In this document: piece after piece, positions 1-12,060 of the stretch | Numbering within the stretch: position 1 is the stretch's first letter | How the letters are laid out: each line of letters opens with the position of its first letter | Program-made: the position numbers and the translations under genes | The notes under the pieces: model-generated | Told to the model about the DNA's origin: nothing | The model's input: the letters and a program-made list of their open reading frames with translations, nothing else | Database searches by the model: none | NCBI GenBank assembly: GCA_016748015.1 | Contig: JAAOMT010000571.1 | Coordinates: 623,095-687,094 of the forward strand | DNA length: 64,000 nt | DNA from: Geosiphon pyriformis uo1 | Taxonomy: Eukaryota; Fungi; Glomeromycota | Reading direction: 5' to 3'

Positions 1-2652
1 TAATATAATAAATATAGACCAAATGATTTATTCACCAAAGCAGCAGCCAGAACTAAAAAAATTATCACTTTTTTTAATATTAGTAATACTCAAACTACAG
101 ATTTACAATAATTTAAATCTAATGAATTTTCAAGCAATTCAGAAAATAAGATTAATCTATATGCTAATCAAATAAAAAAAAGGCAAAAATTAAAAAAACA
201 TTTAGAAAAACAACATGCTGTTATGGAAGTGTTTTCTTGGTATATTTTAATTGTTGATCTCCTATTTTAATTGCAATCAGTCTTTCGTAAGTTTTTCTAT
301 TTTATGTATTGGATATTAATGATAATATACTAAAGATTTTCTCTTGATGTTGTGATATAAGTCTTTTCTTTAATTCTAATTGTCTTTGTATGTTGTGTAC
401 TCCTTCCCAGAGACTAATCTGAAATTTACCCACTGTCTGGGGTCTTCTCTGAGGCTATCCTTGCAATTGTCTGATGTGTTTTTCTAATCTAAAAACACAA
501 AATGTTAATGGTCTTTTCATGATTTCTCTAAGTATATAATAAAGCTTTTTTAATTTAATTAGTAACCATGTGAATAATCTTGATCAGAGATTATTTTTTT
601 AAAGGGTTCAGAGATGGAATAATAGTTTTATTTGCTAAAGAGGGTATATGAATTCTATTGTTAATCTCGTAATTGTGATGTTCATTCAATTTATTATTTT
701 TTTTATTAATTCTTTTTAAATAAGATTTTATTTAGATATTTGTTGCTTCTAGTTGAAACTGTTTTATTCTTCATTATTAAAAACTATTGTATATATATAT
801 AATTATTGTTTTACAAAATAACATCTTGTAATACTCTATTTCTGTTATTTCTAAATAGTGTTTGCTGCTATTGTGAAATAGTGCTTGCTGCTTTTGCATG
901 ATAGTGTTTGCTGCTATTGTAAAATAGTGCTTGCTGCTATTGTATGATAGTGCTTGTTGTTATTTGTAAATCATTTCTTTTTATAAATTGTTGCTGTGCT
1001 ATTTCATGATTGGCTAATTTATATTATTTATAATTCCTATTAAATTCTTGAACTGTAACAATGCTCAGTTAACTGTCTTTGAATATAATCAAAAAAGAGC
1101 TATTTTTGAATATTTTATCTTGTTAAATAATAATAATAAACATGGAAAAATTAATGCCAGTTTGAAAATTGCTCAGAAAGTTTTTATTGATAGTAGTATA
1201 TAGAAAGCATGAAGAATTCAATATCTTGCAAAGTATTGGTTACTTAATAATAAGCTTTTAACATTAAAACATAGAAAACACCAAAAAACAATTAGAATAA
1301 TCAATGATAAAGACATTGTGAAAAGATGTCATATTTGGATTAAAAACCAAAACTTCAATGCCACTCCAGCCACATTTAAAAAATTCATTGAGCATGAATT
1401 GTTTTCTAATATTGAAATAATAAAAGAAAAAACTATTAGTCTTACAACTACAGTAAGATGGCTCAAAATTCTTGGTTATTCATTCCAACAACATTATCAA
1501 GACTTATATTATAATGGACATGAAAAAAATAATGTCTTGCAATCTTGAAAAAAATTTTTAGAAAAAATATTTAAGCATGAAAGTGAATTTATGGATCAAA
1601 TATATTCTAACTTATTTAATAGAAAGAAAGAAAGAGTTCTTGTAGTCCATAATAAATGTATTTTTTATTCAAATGATGGCAAGCATAGCATATGAGCTGA
1701 ACATAAAAATTTGTCACTAAGAAAAAAAAAAAATAGAAGATCAATTATGATCAGTGAATTTCTAACTAAAATTAATAAATGTTTACATTTACAACAAAAT
1801 AATATAGAAAACTATTCTAATATACTAGAAGAAACACAATATTATTTGCAACCTAGTATAAATCAAGATGGTTATTGAACAGCAAACCATTTTCTTAAAC
1901 AAATTAAATGTAAAGCAATTTCAAATTTTGAGAAATTATATTCAGACTATACAGCTGTATTTGCTTTCAATAATAGCTCTAATTATGCAGCATTTAATAA
2001 AGATGTTTTAATTACAAGCAGGATGAATTTAAGTTCAGGTAGAAAGCAATCATTGATGCAAGATACTTCTTTTGGATTAGATAATCAATTACAATTAATG
2101 ATCTTTTTGGAAACATATTCAGATGAAAAACTTCGAAGATTGCTTAAAAGAATTAAACAAGTATTAATAAAATGAAAAAAATGGTTATTAAAAAGATTAG
2201 TATTAGAATGCCAAAAATACAAAGAAAAAATCAAAGATTCTTCAAGAGTTTTTTGTTGTGCACATCAAGTAATATCTTTGGAATTCGATTTTCTTGCTCA
2301 AAAAAATGCAATTGAAGAATAAATCAAAAGTATGGAACATAAGTGCATTTTTTTTCCAAAATTTTATTGTGAATTAAATTTTATTGAAAGATATTGGGAA
2401 GCTGCTAAAAGATATGCACATAACAAATGCAATTATTCATGAAAAAGATTACAAAGAACAGTGTCTAAAAATCTTGAATCAGTATCTTTAATAACTATTA
2501 GACAATTTTCAAGAAAATATTGGTGTTATATGAATCTTTATAGAAAAGATCTTAGTAGAAAATTAGTAGAATATGCTATAAAAAAGTATAAATCTCATAG
2601 AAGAATTTCAGATAATATTTTTAAAGAATTAGACAAATTAAATAATATTTAA
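1..2652 (+). pseudogene. Degenerate Tc1/IS630-like (DDE_3-type) transposase, interrupted by a solo LTR at 219-1060
   Basis: Fragments read ...FYCELNFIERYWEAAKRYA...ESVSLITIRQFSRKYWCYMNLYRK...KKYKSHRRIS, with VFAFNNSSNY upstream, matching fungal IS630-Tc1 transposases. The frame LEKQHA|QLTVFEY is restored when the LTR and one TSD copy are removed. Many stops. Confidence 0.75.
219..1060 (-). mobile_element. Solo LTR, family B
   Basis: TGTTA...GTAACA termini; perfect 4-bp TSD ATGC (215-218, 1061-1064); reverse-complement homolog at 58945-59738; internal 23-bp tandem repeat at about 853-965. Confidence 0.9.
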
Positions 2653-3068
2653 ACTTTATAATACTGTATTTAGTTTTATATTATATAAAATTTAATAAAA
2701 TTTTATTTTTTATTATAAATAATATATTAAAAACACATGTATATTAACCAATAAAATTTAATTATATAAATAAAAACACATAAAGATTATTATTTAAAAT
2801 TTCAGACTGATCTACATTTTTGATGATTATAAATGGTTTACACTATAGTAATTTTATTATAAACTTAATAATATATATAATTCAAAGTATAAAAAAATAC
2901 TTTAAAAAATTAATTAGTTTATTTAAAATTAATTAACTTTTATTAACAATAAAATTAATAACACAACAGTATTAATAACATTAAAAAAAAGTAAAAAATC
3001 TTTAATAATACTATTTTAAATTTAGATTAACTTATTATTATTATATATATTAATATTAAAATTGATAA

Positions 3069-3884
3069 TATTATAAAATAAGTTTTTTGATATATTAAAT
3101 ATTAATATTTCATTTTAATTACAATTAGTTTTTTATAAGTTCTTCAATTTTATTTGTGTAATAATATTAATATTATATTAAAAACTTTTTTTTAAAGTTA
3201 TAATATAAGTTATTTTTTAATTTTTAATTATTATATATATATTTATATATTTTTTTTTAAAAACTGAAATCTATTTACTGTTTTGGAATTTTTTTAACCT
3301 TATTTTGCAATTGTCTAATGTGTTTTTTTAATCTAAAAACACCAAATATTAATAGTTTTTAATACTTTTTTTGATTTTTACAATAAAATATTATTAATTA
3401 GTATTAATATAAATAATTTTAATAGATTATTCTTTTAAAAAATTTAGTTAATAAATAATAATTTAATATATAATATAAGTAAATTTTTTAATATTTTTAA
3501 TTATGATAATTTAATTTTTAATATTATTTTTGATTTTTTTTAATTTAAAGATTTTTTTGAATATTTATTAAAAGTAAAAACTAAAAGATAATTAAAATAG
3601 AAAATTAAAAGTTGGTAAAATTAAACTATTAGATAGATTGTTTTTTTTTAATATTAAAGTTATTGTATATATACATATTTATAATTTTATAAAAAAACAT
3701 ATTGTAATACTTTTTTTTTAATATCTGGTATTTGCTGCTATTATTAATTGGTATTTATTATTATTATAAATTAGTTTTTGTTGCTATTATAAAATAATAC
3801 TTTTTACTATATTAATTATTATTTTTTTAAGATTATTATTATGTTATATTATGATTAAATAATTTATATTCTTAAATTATAATA
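3069..3884 (-). mobile_element. Heavily AT-decayed LTR, family B
   Basis: Colinear with 219-1060 and especially 48260-49064 (e.g. ttttaattacaattagttttttataag, aatctaaaaacac). Confidence 0.7.
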
Positions 3885-4435
3885 TATATATTTTTTTAAA
3901 ATTAAGCTTTATTAAAATTAAAGTTGATTTTTTTATTAAATTCTAAATTGTTATAGTAATTTAATATTGTATTATTAATTTGTTATTATAATTTTTAAAC
4001 TTGTGAATTAGTAAGTTATTTAATACTATTAGTAGTTATTATATTTATAGTTAAGTTTAATAATATTTTGTAATAGTTTTTAAATGCTTTAAAAATTCTA
4101 TAAACTATTTTAAATAAAATATATTGTTGATTTTTTTAATAAAACTTTCTAATTAATAAATTATTGTTTTATTAAATATTTTAATTAAGTTTTTTGAATA
4201 TAATATTTATATGTTTAAGTATTTTTTAAGTTAATAATAACAATAATTAATTGAAAATTTTGTTTTCAAGTTATTAAATATGTTTTGTATTAATTCTCTT
4301 ATTTTTATATTTTCTATTATTTTCAATTTAATAATAATTTTGTTAATAAACTTGTTACTATATTTAGTAATAATAGTATATAATTCAATATATTTTTTTC
4401 TTATTTTTGGGCTTTTTATTGTTTTTTTATATATG

Positions 4436-5000
4436 TTATTATCAGTAAAAAAACAGAAATTATAAAAAAAAATAAACAATAGCAGAATAAAAAATTATAG
4501 AAATTTCAGAAATTCCAAAAATATCAACAGAAATATCAAAAATTTTAAAAAGATTTTAGGAATCTTATATTATAAAAATTTATGTATATATAACAGAAAT
4601 GATAAAAGGCAAAATTAAAAATTAAAAAACAAACAAGCTTATTTTGAAATTAGTTTAGTTATTTCTATTTTAATTTAATTACAAATAATAAAAATATTAA
4701 TAAATTTAAGATTATTTTATTAAAATTTACATCATAATTATTTTAATATTATTAATATCTATTTTAGTCACATAATAATACTAAAATAATAGTTTTTAAT
4801 TATCAAAAATTGGTTGGTAAAAAATACCAAAAAAAAGTATAGACATAGTAAAAAAATCAAGATTATTTATTAAAAAAGTATAAATATCAAAATAAATTAA
4901 TTACTATATTAAGAAAATTCTAAATCAATTATTAATTACTATTTATTAAATTTTTGTCTATTATATAAAAAATTCTTATTCAAAATCTTTAAAAAACTCT
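4436..5000 (+). mobile_element. Decayed LTR, family C
   Basis: Colinear with 34435-34765 and reverse-complement to 12075-12300 and 9620-9760. The distal part 4810-4990 is the reverse complement of 34860-35022. Confidence 0.6.
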
Positions 5001-5349
5001 TTAAAGTACATTATTTTAAATAAATTTTTTGAATATATAATAAAAACTTTTGTAACTTAATATTTATATTTATTATATTGTATTCTAAAAAATTTTTAAA
5101 GTTTTAGATTAAAGTTTTTTATATAATAGACAGAAATTTACTTAATAATAATTAATAGATAAATCTAATTGTAATAATCTGTTACATAAAACAATTTTAA
5201 AAATAACTTTAATTAAGATCAAAAATTTTATTAAATTTTAAAAAAATAATATATAATAATAATATGTATTATTTATTTTATTAAATAAATTAAAGTTGAA
5301 TTATTAATTTTACTAAAAATAAATACAATGTTTAGTTATTACAAAGTAA

Positions 5350-8300
5350 AAAACAAACAAATAATTGACTAAAACTTACTTAATTTTGACATTTTGTACT
5401 ATTGTGTTATATTTATTAAAAGTGTATTTTGTGCATGGTTTTTTTTTTTAGTAACAAACTTATAATATTTAATTTCTAAGCATCTTTTATATTATAATAT
5501 TAATGAATTTTCAACTTGTTTAAGCTTATTTTTTTATTGGTATTATTAACTTGATTGTTTTTTAGAACTTGGTCTTAATTTTAAAGTATAGACACCACTT
5601 TTTTATATTGGCCAATAAATTGTCTCAATCATATTATTATCTTACTATAATTGTTATATTTAATAATAAGCTAAGCAATTTGTTATATAAGTTTTCACAC
5701 TTTACTATATTTTTGTTTCTTCTGTATTATAAGATATAAAACATTGGTAATGGTTTTAGATATAGTTAAAGAATTTGAGATTACTATTTTGTTAAAAGAC
5801 TTTTTTGCAGCCTTTTAATTTATAAAGCAAAAAGCTTTAATAATTAAATTATTGTTTTTTTTTCATTAGTATATTATTGCAAAGATATTATTTGAATGTA
5901 AAATCCCACAATTTTTGAATATGATATTACTTAAAAATAATAGTGACAAAAAATACTACAAAATATACTAAATAAGCATAAACAAAAATAAAAAACAAAA
6001 TTAAAAATTATAATAAAATGTAAATATTTATTGTTTTCTAATTATAGGTTTGTAACTTTTTATATTTTTTTGATGTTTTTTTATTAACTTTAGCAATCAT
6101 TAATTTCAATAAAATTTGTTTTACATTATATAGATTCTTAATAAAATTACTTATTATATTAAGACTGTAATTCTAAATATCAAAATGTTGTTAGATAAAT
6201 AGCTTAAAAAAGTACACTAGAAAATAAATTTTCTTATATTATCATAAGTATTAATATTTAATAATAATTAATTTACAATAAAGTATAGATATTGTGCTAT
6301 TTCTAAATATTTTATAAATAAAATATAAGATATAAGATATTGAATTATTTGTTTGTTGATTTTAAGAAAAAAATTATGGTTAACTAATATAATTTCCATA
6401 TAAGATAAAAGTATATAATATTCAAAAAAATGATTTTATTCTGCTACTTTCAAGTTTTGTGTCTAATGTACCAACAAGATTACATAAACTGCTATTTGCT
6501 GAAAACATACATTTAATAATATTGTTAAGGTCTTTAATGTAAGAGATAGTTTAAGTTCTTACAGTAAATATTTTTGATGTAAATTCACAGATCCATGTTT
6601 GTTAGCTAAAATAAAAAGTTTTCATTGAGTAATTTTTAGTATTAACATATGTTTTAGTAAGTTGTAATCATTGTTATAAAAATTTTTTTCATATAAACTA
6701 TTATAACATAAAAAAAAATTATGAACAAAGCTTTATATTAATTGTGAAACTTTGACTTGAAATTTTTTGATAAGTTTTTATTAATGTAAAAAATACAATA
6801 AATTTAATAGTTTGTTTTATATATTTGAGCAATTACTACATCTGTTACAGGATTAGCATTGGTAATAAACACTAATAGTTTTATTATTATTGTTTTTTTT
6901 TGTATATTCTAAAATTCATTTATATAATTCAGTAATTTTATCTGATATAAAGACTTGTTTAATAAGATAAGATCTTGTATTATTGTTTATAATAAAGAAG
7001 AAAAAAATTAATATTTAATAGTAGTTGGTCTTTGCTGTATTGTTATTTAGAACAACATCATAGTATTTTAACCAAAAAACAACTTGTACAAAAAACATTC
7101 AAAATACATAATATTATAGATAATTATTTGAAATATTAAAACAAATAATAAACTCATAACTTGGTGTTCAATAGCCAAAAATATTGGTAATTTTTAAAGA
7201 TTTTGGAATTTAAAGATTTTGGTTAAGTTTTTTGTATAATAAACAGAGATTTAATTAATAGTTTCTTCTGTAAATTTTTTTTTAGTGTAATGGCCAGTTT
7301 ATTTTGGCAGTTATGCTTTTCTAATAAGTTATTTTTAAATTTCTACCCTTGTTTTTAAGTCTTTTATTAGATTATTCTTAATGTTAATTACTCAATACTT
7401 AATTTCTTAATTAATTAGTAAACAACAAAAAAAATAAAAAAAAATAAAAAAAAAATAAAAAATAAAAAATTAGTATTCTGTTAATAATCATGATTAAGAG
7501 CTATTAATTCAGTGTGATTAAGTATTGAATTTTATCAACATAAAGTGTTAATAGTGTAAAATAAATTAATATTTCTTTAATCAAGTAATGATAACATGGA
7601 TTTAAGTAATAATAAATGTTTTATTAATATAAGTATAATTTTATTTCAAGTTATAGAAAATTATCTTTTGAAAAAAGAGATATTGTTGTTTTGAACTAAA
7701 TTGTTTTTAATACTTTTTCTGTTTTTAATACTCTTATTATATATAGATAATTCATATTATATGAAATTCCTTGAAATCTTTTAATTTTTTTTAAAAAAAT
7801 TCTGAAATTCTATAATTCCTTGAAAAGAATTCTGAAATTCTGTGATTCTTTAAGAAAAATCCTAAAATTCCTCTTTTTTATTATGTTTATTTCTAATTGG
7901 CTATTTTATCTATTTATTATAATTTTTAATTTCTATAAATAATAATGAGTAAGCTGATTTTTATTAATTTTAAACTTAACAATTTATTTGAGATTATTTG
8001 ATTTGCAATTTATAAGGGTTGTTAACAAATAAAATATATCATGTTTTTTATTATCATAAACTTTAAATCTTTGTATTGTATTTATAAGATTACAATTAAG
8101 AATAGATGCTATTAAAAATTTTACTTTTAATAATTTTTTTTAAGTGATAATTAATAGATTTAGATATTTTATGAAAAATCGGATCTCCTAAAAAATATTA
8201 TCTGAAATTTTTAATATATTAAAACATATTTTCTAGTGTTAAGATATAATAAATAATTGTGTATATTATTAAAAATAGTAAAAGTTATTTTATATAAGTT

Positions 8301-8560
8301 TTTGATACAGTTAATATTAGTATATTAACTATATTCTTAATGTTTTAATTTGTTCTAATAATTTTAAACATTTATCTTTTTTTTGGTTTGTATTGACTGC
8401 CAAATTTGCATTCAAAAATGTAATTTTTAATACTGTTATCTGAATGTCATTCTAATCTCTTTTAAATAACTTCAAATTCTTATTATTTACTATAAGTCTT
8501 TATAATTATATTAATATCTTTTCATATTTTAAAAGCATAATCAGTATAAAATCTTATAAT
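5350..8560 (-). pseudogene. Mutator/MULE (FAR1-DDE-SWIM) transposase relic, interrupted by an LTR at 7112-7944
   Basis: The minus strand gives FAR1-like FEC...HN (about 8250-8420), Y-DVVLNNNTAKTN (about 7030-7070), FITNANP (decayed TDADP, about 6850), a CxxH-like motif, and a SWIM-like CxC...CxH followed by GFYIQI (about 5890-5990). Confidence 0.7.
7112..7944 (-). mobile_element. Solo LTR, family C-related
   Basis: Colinear over its whole length with 50062-50880. Flanks ATAA/ATGA fit a 4-bp TSD with one G>A change. Confidence 0.8.
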
Positions 8561-9253
8561 TAAATAAATATAAGAAAATTTAACATTAAATATAACTGAA
8601 ATTATAACCAAAAATCTTACTTTTATTTATAAATACTTAGTTACTTAATTGAAATAAATCTTTATTGACATAATTTTGAAGTTAATTAGTCAGTTTTACA
8701 TTAAGAATTAGTTCTAAATTAGGATAAAAATAACTTTAGACTTTTAATACATGATTTTTACTAGATATATATACATATTTTTCTTTAAAGACAAATTATT
8801 TATTTATTTTTATCTTGTATTTACACTAAAATATTAATCTTAATATAATACATGACATATAGAATATTATATTTAAAATTACCAATATATTATTGATTAT
8901 AATACTAATTAATACATTCAAATAAATATTATTTAGAATAGTTTAAAGAATCAAACTTTGTGTAATCTGTTGTTTTTAATACTTTAGAATTTATAGCTTA
9001 TATTTGATACACAAATTTTTATGCTTATATCTATAATATACAAGTTTTTCTTGTAACTTAAACACTATTTAAAACAAAAAAACTTCTTGTTATGCAAGAA
9101 TAAAAGCAGTTACACCAAAAATTTTAATGTGTTTTTGTATTATAATATACAGATAACATATATTAAATTCAAAAATCATATAATGTAATATATGTAATTT
9201 ATTTTTAATTAAAAAAAATAATTAATATTACATAATTTAAAACAGATTAAGAT

Positions 9254-9314
9254 GTAAATCACTGCACCATATATGACACATGTTACATGTGTTATATATG
9301 GCACAGTAATCTAC
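9254..9314. repeat. 61-bp imperfect palindrome
   Basis: 30-bp arms, 25/30 matches, all 5 mismatches are transitions; centre at 9284. Confidence 0.9.
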
Positions 9315-9772
9315 GAAACAAATAAAGTCACGTGTCGCGATATTAAATCACGTGTTTTTACGAGGTTGTTACAAATTTATTAATCTATAATTAATTATTG
9401 CTTTGATAATTTTTTTAATATAATAAATAATTTATTTTGGTGTTTGCATTTTTTGGTAAGCAATTTAAATTTTTGACTATATCCACACTTTTTTTTGATA
9501 TTTTTTACCAAATAACTATTAACATCATAATTTTAGTGCTTTTTTTATAAGTAATTAGCAACTTAAAATAAATACAACTAATAAAATAATAAAGTAATAA
9601 TTAATATTTCATTAATAGTTATAATTAAAAACTATTGTTTCAATATTATTAAATGACTATTATAAATATTAATAATATTAATATTATGATAATATAAGTT
9701 TTAATACAATAATTTTGGATTTATTAATTAATAAATAAAATAAAAGTTTTTATTAAATAGTTTAATTAATTT

Positions 9773-12060
9773 TTTTTTTATTAAAGTTTAACGAACAAGG
9801 CCCAACTATTATCTAATACAATATGACTATGTAGGGTTTTAAATTAAATGTGGTTTATGCACTTTTTACATATAACCAGCTACTTGAGCCAGTTCAGACT
9901 ATACTACATTGAAGCTCTTGAAGAAAACTTATCCAAAGCTAATATTTTTTGAACAACAAAAAACAAGGTAACACTACAAGGAACCAATCTAACCAGCCAC
10001 TTAGCTGTCTTCAAGCCATCAGATTTAACATCAACAGGTTCATGTTCCCAAAGGAACATCAGATTAGAGAACACTTTATCATTCAAGCCAACTGGATGCT
10101 TCAAATTACCAGACATGTCTATATCTTCTATGCAACATTCTTTCTTTAAAGAAACCACTTCTCTCTCCAACTTACTAACAATTTTACTAAAGGAACCCAT
10201 ATGCACTATAATCTCATTAATTTTAAAACCAAGTTTGCTGCTTGAGACCAGATTACTATTAATAAATTGTTCAAACAATTTGACCAAAGAACCAATTGGC
10301 TTAACAATAAACTCAACCAAAGCAAAAAGCTTAGTTAAATCAGATTCCAAAAAAGACAATCAGAACAGCACCGTGAAATTACCAACAACAACTAAAGAAG
10401 AGACAAGAGGTGACAAAGGTGGAAATTCAGATGAGCTTAAAGAAGCAAAAGCTTTGGTATAAGACACAGAACCAACAAAGTGGGGTGTAAATACTTTAGA
10501 AGACTTGAGAGGAGGAGACAGAGAGATCTTATATTCAGCAGCCAGATGGCCCAACTCTTGACACTTAAAACAATGGCAATAACCAGGAGTTTCTCATCAA
10601 ATATGGCACTTTCTTAGTGTACTAGTTTTGACAACAGCAGAATCCAAATCAGCTTGAAAACCAAATGTAACCAGAGCAAACTGGAAACAATGACCAGACT
10701 TAAGAAAACAAGGAATAAAGCATGTCTAATCACCAACTTGAAAAATCATATCACTAATCTCAAAAGCTGTACATATAGAAGAAAGATTGACCAACTTAGC
10801 CTTAAACTTATCATGAGACAAAATAGTCTCATTTTGATTCACCAGAGGGAGGATTCTAACACTATCTTTGTCCACCAAGACAGACCAATGATTCAAAGCA
10901 GACACAGCAGAGTCCAACTTTTCAAAATAAACCACCACATACTGCCAAATACCAACAGGCTTTAACACAACATGAGTAACACTACCAAACACACTAAGAG
11001 CCATCTTAATGTTAGCAGTAGACACACCCAAAGGCACATCATGCAGCACAACAGTAGCAGAAGGGGAACCAAACTCAGAAATTACCAAAAACTTGGCAAT
11101 TTTGAGAGTGGCCAAATGTACAAAGCTTGTAAACTCGACCAAAAATGCAGTTTCCAGAAACATTTGAGAAGCAAACTCCACACAAAACAGCTTTATATTG
11201 TTTTTTGACACTGACTTTGCACCCAAGAAACCATATACTAACTGAAAAACAGCCTTAATATGACCCAATTTAATCTTAAAAGTAGCACTAGGCACCAAAG
11301 TGGAGGCCACCCACCCAGCAAATTTTTGACAACTAGTAATAGTTTTCTAAGCATCACTAAAAGTAGCACCAGAAACTAGAAGAGAAGATGATTCAGTTTC
11401 CATTTGATTAGTCCAGTTTTTAAGAACAGATAATCCAACAGAAAGAGATTGCTTTGCTTCTAAAACCAGTGATGATCTGTCAGAAGACACCACATTTGGC
11501 AACACAGCCAGTGGTAGATCTTGGCTCATCTTGGATAATGTGCCAGATAATACTATGAAGATCTCATCTAAGATCTCATTGGGAATCACAAAGGAGTTCG
11601 GTATAACAATAGCAGAGACAAGTGACTGCTCCTACTTTTCTGAACTTTTGGTCTTTTTGACTATTTTTTTTGAAAAGATGGCACTAGAAGCACCAGATGT
11701 TGAATCTATAGAAAGAAAGACCAGCTTATTTACTGGTTTATTATTAAAAACTTTTGGGCTCTTAGTTGGGGTAAAGGCAACACTAGGACTAACCCAAGTG
11801 TGTCTCTTTAAAGGGACTTTGACTAATGAAAAACCAGCCAATGATAAAAAAGTTGCTTTAATGGCTACCAAAGGCAGCTTATTACGATTACCGAGTAAAG
11901 AAAAGGCTTCTAAAACATTCTGTCTAGTTGCTTCTACAACAAAGAGAGCTCCTCTGGTTAAAATTTTGTTAGATATCTCAGAACAGATATCAGGTACAGC
12001 TTTTTTACTCTTTGCTCTAGTCATAGTCATAAAATTAAGGAGACAAAGAGTCAAAAATTA
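9773..12060 (-). mobile_element. ORF1-only non-autonomous non-LTR retroelement (HAL1-like), copy 1
   Basis: Poly(A) tail on the minus strand at about 9773-9779; TSD TTTAATTAATTT at 9761-9772 and 12061-12072; single reading frame; 3' UTR homologous to that of the LINE at 51510-51637. Confidence 0.8.
9904..12030 (-). pseudogene. LINE ORF1-like protein (about 700 aa: Ser/Pro-rich N-terminus, RRM-like region, CCHC knuckle, coiled coil), with in-frame stops
   Basis: ORF fragments starting at 12054, 11589, 11310, 10554 and 10359 are all in one frame. VVLHDVPLG...VFGSVTHVVLKPVGIWQYVVVYF...WSVLVDKDSV aligns with LINE ORF1 IIVKEIPVD...KFGKIVSVKLQLIGLWQKALVEY...WSVLMEKDSV. Knuckle remnant CFKCQELGHLAAEY. 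Confidence 0.8.

Noticed and set aside
853-965. Regularly spaced repeats resembling a CRISPR array
   Set aside because: Head-to-tail 23-bp units with no unique spacers, inside an LTR, in a eukaryotic context.
4231-4479. Short hydrophobic ORFs in AT-rich DNA (also 14532, 17212, 48968)
   Set aside because: Chance F/I/L/N/K-rich frames in decayed TE sequence.
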